Assembly (NCBI GenBank): GCA_000165425.1
Contig: CT868185.1
Location: 310,001-374,000, forward strand
Direction of reading: 5' to 3'
DNA: 64,000 nucleotides
Source: Paramecium tetraurelia
Lineage: Eukaryota
The notes beneath the pieces were generated by a model. That model worked only from the letters and a program-made list of their open reading frames with translations. It was not told where the DNA came from and ran no database searches. The translations under genes were made by a program, and so were the position numbers. This document shows, piece after piece, positions 1 through 12,073 of this stretch; position 1 is the first letter of the stretch; each line of letters begins with the position of its first letter.

Positions 1-339
1 TATGATAAAAAGCTTTTCAAAAATAGAAGGGAATCTAAATCATAGAAAGAAAATTGTCATGAATAAAAAGAATCGAAATTCTCTATCAAATTATAAATGC
101 CATAAACTCATCTCAAATAAGAAGAAGAAATGAAGATTTTTAAACTCAAATTAATGAAATCAGAAGTTATTAGAAATAGGATTCCTGAAATTTCAAAAGA
201 TGCGAAGCCTAATAATTTTCGTAATAATAAAAAAATGTCTAATCTAAATCTTGAACCTCTTAAATTCGCAAACTTAGTCGTTTTACCTTCGGTTAGAGGA
301 TGGGATAATAATAACTAAAGCTCTTACAGATCTAATTGA
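1..339 (+). CDS. 3' end of hypothetical protein (partial, starts upstream of window)
   Basis: Frame 1 is open from base 1 to TGA at 337-339 when TAA/TAG are read as Gln; ends ...VRGWDNNNQSSYRSN*. Confidence 0.65.
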
Positions 340-633
340 TGAATTATTAATGTTTTTTGTTTCCATTTATATACTTATGATACATATCAATAATAATTGT
401 CTTGGATTCGACCTATTCTACAAAATAATTACGTATTTATCATCTCTCGAATTATGACTCAAATTAATTCTATAAATAGGTTACAAAAACCAGCTATTTA
501 TAATATAATTCTATACTTTTTAATGAATAAATTGTACTGAATAGGAAAGTCTGATATTTTTTGGTTATAATAATAAAAAAGAAGGTCTTATTTTCAATAT
601 TTAGAATAATATAATTAATTACATCAATAATTT

Positions 634-1663
634 TCATAGTCTTTAACCATTTCTCCACTAGTATACTACTGGTTCTTGATTTGCACTTATTAATTTACCT
701 TCTCCATGCTGTTTACCATTTAACCAATAGCCTTCATATTTTTTTCCGTTGCTCCATTCCATTACCCCAAAACCATGTTTTTCATCGAATTCATAATTAC
801 CTTCATATTTTCTTCCGTCAGGCCATATTTGAGTACCAGTTCCATGCATCATATCATTTTTCCAATAACCCTCATAATATCTCCCATCAGCCCATGTATA
901 TTTGCCAAAACCATTCATTTTATTATCCTCCCATTATCCATCATATTTACTGCCATCAGCCCATCTGTATATTCCTTAACCGTTTTTCAAGCCTTTTGAG
1001 TACTGTCCTTCATATTTGCTTCCATCTACCCATGTTTCACAACCAGTTCCATGATATAGATCTTAATCCCAATCTCCTTCATATCTAGATCCATCTTTAT
1101 GCATGTATACTCCATATCCTTGTGCTTTATCATCCCTCCAAAAACCTTCATAAATATCCCCATCAACATGGTAGAATATACCATAACCATTTGCTTAATT
1201 GTTTCTCCATTCTCCGATATACCGTGCTCCATCCTTCCAAATTTATTCGCCAAAACCATCTCTAACCTCTCCTAACTATTATGATCTATTGAATTACCCA
1301 ATCTCCATCATAGAGCAAATTACTATCAGACTTTTTCTTCTCTGTATTCTATTGTTATAACGATTAACTAAGTTCAAATTTTTGATAAGGAGTTTAAAGT
1401 GAATTAAACTCTTTATAAGACTTAATGCTTTAGAAGTAACAATTTTATCCTTAAGGTGCTTCGTTTCTGTGTGAAAACTTTGATGATTTTTGATAACAAT
1501 TATTGGTTGACTGATATATTGTTTCAGTATTATGCCTTCTTTAATTTAAAAGTTTCCTTTCGCTAATTAATTATTTCCTTATGCCGTTTGATCTCTCACT
1601 CCTTGTGATCAATATTTAAGTTGGTTCTTCCTAAGCTTGTAAGCATTTACATTCATTTCCCAT
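634..1663 (-). CDS. MORN-repeat protein with N-terminal MG-x-x-C-x-C acylation motif
   Basis: Starts [10 protein letters not shown]; multiple G-x-G..W-x-DG-x-x-YEG-x-W MORN repeats; one ~22-nt GT-AG intron near 1276-1297; TGA at 634-636. Confidence 0.9.
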
Positions 1664-2148
1664 AATTTTATTTATTTACAATGATTATTACTTGTAATAC
1701 ACTTTCAAATTTTCTTACTTACTAGTTATAATTTTAAAATTTATTGTTTTTCTTCATAATTTCTAAATCACAAATTTCACATTTATTAAAATAATATCAT
1801 AAACAAGTTTTGACTTTAGATACTATTTTGAAACATTTTTCATGTATTTATATTTATATTCACTATAATATTAGAATATATCAATTAATTGTTAATTTAA
1901 AATAATTATAATCAATGATTAATTTCATTATTACTTTATTTAACAATAATACCTTGTATTTCAATATTAAAAGCTAAGAGAATAATAATTAAATTTAGTA
2001 AAATATCTCAACTATTATTTAGAATTTATTTTATCTATAATTTAGAAAATATTATAATAAATCTTTAGAATCCTTAATAAGTTTTTCACTAAAAAATGAG
2101 CGAAATTTATCACATCAATTATATTAATTATTATATTACCCAAACTAT

Positions 2149-2668
2149 ATGAAATCAGCAGCACATACGGTGAGAATATACCCTCTGAGTACAAGTAATG
2201 AAAAAGACAACTAAGGAAATCTAAGAATTTTAAGTTCTAGAATAAATTTTGAAGATCCAACTACATTACTCCAAGCTAGAACTCTATTAGCTAATTTTAT
2301 TACAGGAAACCGGTAGTCACAATCTAATTTATAGCCTGAACAATGAAGGGGATGAGAATCAAGGAATTTTGATATATAACTCAATTTATTATAAATTAGA
2401 ATTGACAATAATTGTATACTTCCGTTAATTTAGCAAGTATGCTATGATGTGTTTCAATAATTTGGTTGCTATTGATAATTCCCCTACTTTATTATTAGAG
2501 AGCCATTCTTATTTTCATATAAAGATTAATATGAAGGATAATATATTGGAAATGTCAATAGCATATATAAATAATTATGAATTAATAATCATAAATTATT
2601 TATGGCAAAGTCTAAAAACTAACGAATATATAGATGTATTATTATTTAAAGTATAAACATTAGAGTGA
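2149..2668 (+). CDS. hypothetical protein
   Basis: ATG 2149; removing a 22-nt GTAGTC...ATAG intron near 2313 gives an open frame to TGA 2666-2668; no recognisable domain. Confidence 0.4.
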
Positions 2669-2730
2669 TTCTTAAATTTTTAAATAATTTTAAATGTAAA
2701 TTAATATAATATACAGAGTTATCAATTAAA

Positions 2731-3101
2731 TCAATATCTATGGCTTTCTATTTACAATTTAGAAGAATTTCTATTTAATAATTGTCTTTCCATCATACTG
2801 ATGACTGTGGGACGAAGATTCTCGCTTTGAAATCTTTGTCTCTTTTTAATGTGTTTGCCCACTGATGGAATTTAGAAACCTTCTAGTTTGACATCTTCAG
2901 GGATGATTGTGAGTGGCAGATTCTTAAAGCAATTTGGGGTTTCATAAGCTAATTATAGTTCTGGTATTAAAATGGAAGAATCTTTTAATGGTCTTGATTA
3001 TATAAAAAATAAATGTACTTAATGAGAGGTGCTCTAGGGATTATATTTTAGTTATCCATATCGTCATAGGTAAGTAGTCTTTTTCGTTTTTAATCACACA
3101 T
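2731..3101 (-). CDS. small hypothetical protein
   Basis: MCDQKRKRLLTYDDMD...; one GTAC...AAG intron; open to TGA at 2731. Confidence 0.6.
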
Positions 3102-3377
3102 AATATTTTCAAAAATAAATAATGAAATGTGCATCACAAATTCTTTTGGACTTAAAAACTCAGTTAATAAATAAATTCCTTCTTAAATTCAACCAGAATT
3201 ATCTAGAAACTCATATTTGTTCAGATTATATTTCGCATAAGTTTAATTTCTTCTATTAGCATAGGTTATATTAATATAAATAACAGAAAAAGTACTATTT
3301 TTAAATACTCCTTACAGAGCTGACGAATAATATTTTAGTATTGATCTATATTATATTTAATATTATAAAATTTGAAA

Positions 3378-4137
3378 ATGAGTATGCCTTATCAATAGAC
3401 AGGAAATCAAATAGATTATTAAGAAATCAAGTAAACTAAGGCTGATTTAAAGGCAGAAGTACACTTCATAGGATAGATTGTGGGTGGTCTTGATTTTCAA
3501 ACAGATGATGGATTATTTTGTGAATTGGCTATAGATTGTGGAGATGGATGGGACTTATTGCAACCAGGAAACAATAAAGGAATTCAAACTCAAACAAGTT
3601 ATGCAAATGTAAAAAATATCAATTATATATATTCATTAGCCAGGATAATTATTCTCTTGGGGTCACCCATTTGATTTGCACTTTTCAGTATCAAATATAA
3701 TTGGATGGCCTAAAGCTTTATTAAAAGTGTGGAGATTAGACTCATCAAATAAAATAGATGCTTGTAGTTATGGTACTGCATTATTTCCAAGAAGTGCTGG
3801 TTATCATTAGATTACATGGTATCAATAATATCTATTTAGTGAAACATGGACTCCAACTGGAGAGAATTTAGATCTTGAAGTAAGAAAACCTAATGAAGAT
3901 TTGGCAACTAATACAGATTAATTCTCAAAATTTGATCGATCCTTAGACTGGAGATTTTAGGCCTTGTCCTTTTACATGGAAAATCTGCCTAGACTGACCA
4001 CGTTGGCACCATTAACAACTGATAAGGGAGACTTTGCAAGGAGAAAGATTTTAAATAGTATTTCAAACGGAAGAGTAATAATTGAAGTTGAGGTGGTAAT
4101 GAAGAACTTTAAAAGACTGAGCTTTTCAGGATAATGA
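3378..4137 (+). CDS. B9D2: B9/C2-domain ciliary transition-zone protein, B9D2/MKSR2-like
   Basis: AEVHFIGQIVGG, QTQTSY, WGHPFDLHF, GWPKALLKVW, SYG..P...G.HQITCETWTP match the B9D2 pattern; two short introns. Confidence 0.8.
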
Positions 4138-4193
4138 ATTTTATTGTGATTTTGAGAGTTCTTATGTTTAATTTTATTTTACTTAAAAATTAT

Positions 4194-5339
4194 ATGGACT
4201 CAGCCTTTTTATTTTGGGAGAAGTATTTCAATAATCAAATAGAAGTGAGTTGGGATGAGTTTAGTGAATCATTCTCTAAGTTTATACAATAGTTTGGATC
4301 AATAATATTGGATGACGACTAATTGCTATTCATCAAATAGATTATAGATCCAGATTATAGAAATGTTATTAAAATAGGAGACTACATAATATTCTATGAG
4401 ATTGTATTTCTATTAATTTATGCATAGTATTGGAAAATATAGTCTAAACGACAAGCATTATTCAAACATCAGTTTACTCTTCAATCTTTTCAGATTCCTA
4501 AACAGACTTTGAGATGTATCTAATTAAAGGTTCTTTACATAACTAATGGATATCCAGATTAATTCAGAGATATACAAATAACCAGAACTACTTAAAATAA
4601 TCTTCCCTTAAAATAAGAAGAAGTATTTACTATTGGGAGTGGACAGAACTGTGATCTCTAAATTTTGAATGATTTAAAGGTGAATCCTATTCATGCTAAG
4701 TTAATATGGACTCCAAACAATCTGTTCCTAATCAAAGACAATTCAAAGTCATTCAGGACCTGTTAAAGAATTAAATAATCACTAATTTTAGATGCATATA
4801 TGATTATAAAACTCAATCAAGAAACCATATTTTAAATAAAGTACATACAGCCAATTCCAAAATTTTCAAGTCAAATTTCAACTAATTAGGAGAGTCTCAA
4901 AAATTCTTTACCTGATCTCCTTAAATAGTTAAATCAATATAAATCTGTATAAGATTACAGAGAGAGAAAGATTAATTTAATATAGCACGATGAGGAACCA
5001 ACTTTGATACTTGAATTTATTGGAGGTCCAATGAAAGGAAGGGAATTCACTCTCAATCCCAGTTAAGAATATACTTTGGGTTGTGGTAAGACATGTTCAA
5101 TTTCAATTCGGGATGGTACTTTATAAAAGGAACATTGCTCAATAAAATTTAAAAATAAATAATGGGTAATCTAACCGAAAGAATCAAATCATTTGGATCC
5201 AACTTAATTTGGTACATTTGTGATGTTAGCTAATCAATAACAATATGATTTGTATTTGCCAAGCAGATGTCATGTCCTACATGAAGGTATGTAGATTGTT
5301 ATAGGACCTGTCCTGTTTCAAATTCATTATTTTAGTTGA
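4194..5339 (+). CDS. protein with N-terminal EF-hand-like domain and two FHA-like domains
   Basis: FTIGSGQNCDLQI...HAKL...IKDNSK and YTLGCGKTCSISIRD...HCSIKF...GTF FHA-like motifs; one intron near 4404; TGA 5337-5339. Confidence 0.7.
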
Positions 5340-5380
5340 TGTCTTTTTTGCATTTTATATATATATAATTAAAAATCGAA

Positions 5381-5656
5381 ATGGATTCAGATAAACAACA
5401 TCATTAACAAAGTTGTTAAAGACTAAGTAGGAAAAGTCATACGTTTGGACCTAGTGCAAGCATAGGATAACTGGAAGCTAAGCAATTATAAGATGAATCC
5501 AAGAAGAAATTCACTGTTTCTTTTAAATAAAATGATGATGTTATCATCGTTGAAAACTGGAAGATATATAATGTTGATGTTAGCAATCCTAATTTTCAAA
5601 CATAATCAAACAATAAATCCAATACTGGATGTTGGAATATCTGCTCTACTTTTTGA
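5381..5656 (+). CDS. small (91 aa) CaaX-box protein
   Basis: Intronless 92-codon frame MDSDKQ...KKKFTVSFKQNDDVIIVENWKIYN...CWNICSTF*. Confidence 0.75.
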
Positions 5657-6004
5657 TCTAATTATATTATATTTCTAAAATTCTGTTTTTTAGTTAGTAA
5701 TATTATTTTTTAAAATCATCTCAATACTTTGATTCAAATTTCTTAAATTTTGGAAATCGTTTTTCGATTACCATAAAATCCCTGGTTAAATCAACAAATA
5801 AGTTAAAATCAGATACTCTTTGCTATATTATTCAAATTCAATTATAAATCTATTGATATCAATTATAATAATTTAATTCATAATTAATTTTTAGAATTAC
5901 ATTTATTAGTCGCAAGAATATTAGTTCATTTTTATTCTATTCATCCCACTTCTAATCCCTTAGAAAACTATATATTATTATATTTAATTAAAAATATCTA
6001 TTAT

Positions 6005-7301
6005 TCAATTCTGATAATTTGATTTGTATCTTGGTAAAGAGCTTGTGGTTTATTTACAAGAATTTCTGGTCATGTAGTCTAAAATAGCATCATTGATTGA
6101 TCCTGTGACTTTTGGTGGGATAAACAATAAAGGCTCCTTCTAATTGATTGTACTATACATTTTACTATTGTTTTCATCAACAGCTGAATATGCCATTTTT
6201 ACAGCTTAATTATCATAACCACTATTGTAATTGTCCTTAACATTCGTAGTTATTTAGATTTATGAGAACTTTTTCTCGAATTGGCTACTAATTTGTTCTA
6301 TGTCTTCAAGTAATTCCTCACTAATATCCTAAAACAATTTGCCTTATTATTTTGATTCATCATTTGTTATCACTTATTACCTATTGCAAATAATCACATT
6401 CGATTCACTAGCAACAAAATATAAAATGGCTGCTTTCGAATCATTTTCAGCTGGACTTATGTAGATTGTGCAATCAAGTTTAACTTTCGAACTGTAATTC
6501 AGAACAGGATTATATGTTTTAGCATAGATAGACTAAATACTTAGATTACCATATATTTCTTCTACAAAAGATGAATTATAATATGGCAATGCTCCTGACC
6601 AAATATCCACTTGTTCTGAGTCTACGGATAACGGAGAGAAGGATATTTCATCAACATTGCATGTCATTCCAATTGGATATGTTTTCATTTGCTGAGTGAT
6701 AGTTTTACAGTTTTCATAATTTATTGTAATTAATTTATTTTTTAAATTCGGCAGTTCTATTTCTCTAGATTGAAGCATATTAACAGGTTTCATAATCGTA
6801 AAGAAACCTTTTTCTGAATAGGCTCCTACAATAAAATGCAACTAAATTAACTTGGTATCATAATTTTTTTCTATAAGTAAATAAGTAAATGACAATTTTA
6901 AAACCTTTATGTGAGATTTAGCTAATGGTTTGAGTGCTTTATATATAATATCAATTGGAATTTGACAGCAAACATAGTTCAATTAAGAATTTAATAAGCA
7001 AACATCTTGTTACATTTTAATGTTTAGACAGCTTGTTTCTGCAAATTTTAGATGATTTTCTCTAATTTACGATTAATATTCATTAAAGAAATCATTATTT
7101 ATTTATGCAAAGCCAGCAGGTTTATCTGATTTATTGAGTTCATTAAATCTTTAATTCTCCGGTATTTCTGAAAATTGAATTTCTTTTAGTTAAAATCAGT
7201 TAAATACTTTCATCATCACATATAATAATAGGAAAGGAGAAGATTTTGAGTATTTATAGAAATTAATCTATTTTGAGTTTTCCCTCTAAAGTGAAATTCA
7301 T
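6005..7301 (-). CDS. hypothetical protein, possibly Rad9/PCNA-clamp-like N-terminal domain with low-complexity tail
   Basis: Long frame MNFTLEGKLKIDQFLQ...; ELNKSDKPAGFAQINNDFFNEY and CCQIPIDIYIKALK loosely resemble Rad9. The CDS is well supported, the family call is tentative. Confidence 0.6.
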
Positions 7302-7554
7302 TATAAAATTATTATTTATATATTTAAAACTATTCTCGATAAACTAGCCTGAAAGTTGAGTATTCAAGTTGACCTTCTCATATACTTATCTCTTATAGTA
7401 AAATTATTTTTTAATTCATTACTATTATAAATTAAGAATTTCGATAATGCAGTATTATGATCAAATATGTCATGATAAACAGTTGTTAATATGAATTCTT
7501 AAAAGCTAATTATTTAATTTTCGATGTAATTTTTTAATAAATTTATTATATAAT

Positions 7555-8500
7555 ATGACTAATCATATTGCAATAATATCAAGTGCCACATTATCCTTAA
7601 TTGGATAGATGATAATAGTAATACTTTTTTTCTATTTTACCAAACTTCGAAATGGGCTAATTCCTAGAATCATCCTCTATCTCACAATCGGTGGTATTAT
7701 ATAGGTACATTAATTAATATCAATTTATTGAATAGACCATAGGGATTCTGGGATCGAGCTTTGATGAGTTAAATTGTACATTATTTGGATTGTTTAGATT
7801 ATATGGAGGGTTAAGTTCAATAATATGGAGTTCAATTTTGATATATTCGATAAAATAAGTAGTTAATTCATCAATGACATAGTTGTTTATGGTTTTTAAT
7901 AATTAGAATTCATCAGAATTCATGGATATCAGAGATATTCTTAACAAGCTAGTTAAATTGGAGATGAAGTTTTGTTTATATTCTTTTGGCCTTCCATTAC
8001 TCTTATTAACATATCCATTGTTGACAGCTTTAATTTATGATTCCAAGAACTCTCAACTTTGTTTATTTTATAATATACAGACCGATCCATTACTCTAAAA
8101 GATGCAATTGAATATTTAAAAATTGATTCTTTGGATTATTCCAATAAGTTTATACTTGATTTATAGTTTGAGCATTTTGAATAGGATAAAACATGTAATA
8201 AAGGATGATCAAGAAAAACAGGAAATCTACATCGAGGTAAAAAAGTTAATTAAACAAATTCTGTCATTTCCCATAATAACATTTATTTGCACTCTGAGTT
8301 TTACAGTAGAAGACATCTAGAGTCTGTTTATGTCTTAGATTGGACTGACATAGACCTCTATTTCTCTGGCTTTTTTGAGTTTTTGGGGATTTTTGAATTG
8401 CTTGGCTTATTTGAGTCAAGATTCAGTGAGATTGGAGATCAGAAGCAGAAAAATGTCAGAAGAATAATAAGTACATTGAATATACATTTAGGATATGTGA
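7555..8500 (+). CDS. seven-transmembrane receptor, Dictyostelium cAR/GCR1-like
   Basis: Seven hydrophobic segments; SATLSLIG (TM1), RIILYL (TM2), C..FG..R.YGGLSSIIW (TM3), FPII (TM6), GFLNCLAY (TM7); 31-nt intron after 7704; exact stop uncertain. Confidence 0.75.
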
Positions 8501-8759
8501 AGGGATGATATAAGAGGAAAGGACACGAAGATTAAGTATAAGTTAGGAATGTTACTTTTATAATGTTTAAATGGCAAACAAGAATGATAGTTTATGAGAA
8601 GTATACAATACTCAATGTAGAATTAATACTAAACGTCTGTTTATATTTAATATATATATATACATTTTAGAATCCGAACTGAGTGTCTACTCAAAAGTAG
8701 GCTGGTTATTATCATTTCCCCATTTTTACATAATTATATAAAACATTTAGTATTTATAA

Positions 8760-9947
8760 TAATTCATTAAACCATTTTTAATTACAGATGAACAACCCCT
8801 CCCGAGATCAACGAATTTTTAAACCACCACTAAATTAATCAAGGTCACATTAGGATCATGAATATTCGCTATACCCTTTGCCTATTCTTAAGCTGGTCTG
8901 TTGTGGGGTGTTGTTTTGTAATTGTTAATTTGCGCAACGTAATATAAATCATGGTGTACAAAGGTAAATTGTTTAGGAGAGGACAAACGACATTCTCTTA
9001 TTGAGTATCTTTCATCTGTTTACGGAAATTGAAGTTGGATCTACGTATTGGCTAAAGTGATGTCAATCCTTTTGAATTTTTGATGTGGGTTGTCCTACAT
9101 CATATTGTCCTAAACAACAATAGGAGAGTACTTTGATAACGCTTTGTGGTGTAAATTGGTTATGTTCTTGTTTATGATAATTTTTGGGTTTTCTTTTGGC
9201 AAAGACCTTTAGATGTTTACCCCCATTTTGAAATATGCCCTGGTGCTGGTCTACAATTTATTTGCTTACCTCTCAATATTGGCTGTTGTATAATATCAAA
9301 AGTGGAGTTTGGTTGAACCTGACGCAAAGAAAATTATAATGGCATTTGGAATTATGATTTTTGGTTATGACATCAATGGGGTTTTGACAGAGATAAGAGT
9401 TGAAATTGAGGATACTTTATCATTTAAGAAACTTTTCTTTATGGCAATGTTTTTAGAAACTATACTCTACTTATTATTCGGAATTACAAGCTCATTATTG
9501 TTTAAATCAGAAACTGATCAATCAATCATTACAAACTTTCAGGAAGAATTCAAAGGAAATTATCCAATAGATATCACTCTTTCAATATTAATGATTTGAT
9601 ATGTCACTATCTTGATTATCAACATATTGATGGTCAATATGCCAATCTATCTTTTAGTGAATTTAAGTCCTGACAAAATTAAAAAATTCACTTTGAAAAT
9701 CATCTACGTGCTCTGTTAAATGGTACTTAAATGTAATTAAAATTAGCTAACTGCATTCTTGTACCCTAACTTCGCCATAGTTCTATCAATAGTTGGTTGT
9801 GTTTGTTGTGTATCACTCGGATACATAATCCCATACGGCATGATGTTTCACTATGCACTAAAACCACTCTACCAGACTATTAATACAATAGTTGTATTAT
9901 TTGGAATTGTAGGAGGTGTATTTGGAATATACACCTGTTTCGATTGA
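8760..9947 (+). pseudogene. amino-acid/auxin permease (Aa_trans) family transporter with four in-frame TGA and no evident ATG
   Basis: KVTLGS*IFAIPFAYSQAGLLWG, AFGIMIFGYDINGV, YPNFAIVLSIVG motifs; TGA at 8859, 9030, 9081, 9597 in one continuous frame. Confidence 0.7.
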
Positions 9948-10132
9948 ACCCTTTTTACGTAGTTTTGAATTTAAATTTGTGATTCTATTTAAGTTAATTT
10001 AATTGTGAATTTTACCCTCTTAAAATTTAAACATTATGAAACCCTACTTATTCTTGAGTTTACGTAGCAAATATAATTTAGACATTGATAATTATTACAA
10101 ACATTAAATTTATATATGCTAAAAATAGATAC

Positions 10133-11040
10133 TCAAAACACTTTGTCTTTTTTTTAGTTGTTAATATATGATAATTCTTGAATTCTGGGATTAACCTAAA
10201 ACCAATAATGATGGATGTTCTTCTTCTTTCTTTCTTGATATTGGAAGTATTATCTTGTTAGAATCTTTTTCATCCTATAATATTTATTTGTGGAATTACT
10301 CGAAGATGAAGTATACTGATTATAGGAACAATCCAGTGGCTGTAATCTTAACCAATAAGGGAACTTCACTCTCTGGCCATGTGTTCCATACCATATAAGG
10401 AACTAAAGAACCTCTGAAGATGATATACAAAGCTAACTTTTTAAATCATTGAATTACCGAAATAGGTCCATTCACAAGCCTCATACAACTTGGTATGTCT
10501 CAATCCCACTTATCTGAAGATTACTCTCATGTGCATAGGGAAGTTGGATACTTCAGCCGACATCAATCCCCCTAAGACATATAAATCAGGACTTACAAAT
10601 TGAAGATGGAGCTCCGAATTTAGAAAAGGTTGCCACAGCATATCCACAGATGGCTAAGGAATGGTGTGAGACTAAGGACATGTCTGCAAGGTCGTAGTAG
10701 AGACAGGCAAGGAAGTCATAGACAAAGTATGACGCACTAATTATCATTGTAAATTGCATGGTCTGGGAGTTAGCTGCTCCGAAACTTGGCTATTCAACTG
10801 CAAATGCATATCTCTATTACCCAAAACTATGTATGCAGCAGCCCAGAAGGTGAGGGCACCATGAATGATTGACACAATTCTGTTTTTGATATCATCCTAG
10901 ACTTTCTTGGGGTGATTCTTCAAATGGACTCTTTGATTTATGATTGCAAAAATAGAAGTCCAAATGAAGAACGAATAGCTCATGACTTTTACTTGATCTG
11001 AAGTGCTATTGACTAAATCTATGTTTTCAAGATTTAACAT
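10133..11040 (-). CDS. TLC (TRAM/LAG1/CLN8) domain membrane protein
   Basis: KNRIVSIIHG, SYFVYDFL, HSLAI and E.SN.PMH.R motifs; several short introns; TGA at 10133. Confidence 0.8.
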
Positions 11041-11081
11041 ATTTTTATTTATAATTAATTGTATGAATCGTTTTTATAATA

Positions 11082-12035
11082 ATGAAATTGATTCTTATTA
11101 TCGGTTATATTCTGTGCATTTCATGTTCCAAAACTCTTGATTTTAAAGTGATCCTCTCCCAAATAGACCAACATCACTTAGGCTAAACCTTTTTAAATGC
11201 TCTGCAAATAGGCCTAGCAAGTAGATCACCACCTATTCATCAGATTCAGAGCTATCTCAATAACTTTAGGTATCCAACCATCATTCTATAATAGATTCAT
11301 GCTTGAATAAGAATAGAAAGAGGCAGATAATTTTATATTGGAAACACAGACAAAATGTTAGAGATTATTACATGATTTCTCATCCAATTATCCATATCAT
11401 AATAGTTAACTGATAGCAAATCAAAAGATTGTGCAGATATAAATCTAGTTTTTGAGATATCAATACACACTTGGTTTCATTTAAGGAAAACACAGAGAAT
11501 CTGCAAAGAGCATTAAATAAAATAGCTGAAGTTAGTGTGGAAATTGAAGAAAATATATTGAAAAATAACGCTGGTTAGGCCGTTTCAATAAAGTTATAAA
11601 TCGACTCACTTAGCAATCTTCTGGTATTACTCATCTCTTACAACCAATCATAACAATGATGTTCCAATTGGCAAGCAACACAGACGAAGCCAAAAAATTA
11701 CTTCTCTTGTTGAGTGGATTGAAAGTCCAAATTGTGGATGCCAAAAGCATAGATGAAGATCTTGAAAAGGGGGCTGCTTTGAATTGGTAGTAATTTTCAA
11801 TTGATCTCATCAAAGAACAAAATGATCTCTCAGATCAAAGACAAAATCTAGAATAATCCGTTCTTAATTATTTGAGCATCATTGAAGAATCCAAAGAAAA
11901 GCTAAATTACCATTAGGTTGAGTGAATGAGAAACAAAGTGTAAAAGTGATTAAATAGGAAAATGTGGAAAATCAGGATATCTGGTGTAGACAACACATTA
12001 AAAGAATATTTAAGAGAGAGACATGAAATTCAGTG
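11082..12035 (+). pseudogene. trichocyst matrix protein (TMP)-like precursor, decayed
   Basis: Signal peptide then LSQIDQHHLGQTFLNALQIGL...LEQEQKEAD...C coiled-coil typical of TMP precursors; frame breaks near 11437-11485 and ~11590, premature TGA 11923. Confidence 0.6.
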
Positions 12036-12073
12036 ATGAATATTATATTAAATATTAAAAATCAAATATAACA

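Noticed and set aside
681..1088. His-rich plus-strand ORF in the supplied track
   Set aside because: Antisense shadow of the MORN gene; the same applies to most track ORFs opposite real genes (e.g. 12877-13203, 32874-33248, 29551-29841).
8684..8702. Short hairpin GTCTACT-CAAA-AGTAGGC upstream of the transporter pseudogene
   Set aside because: A 7-bp stem alone is within chance expectation; no other support.
11403..11485. Retained IES explaining the TMP frame break
   Set aside because: No TA pair of plausible size and ends restores the frame.
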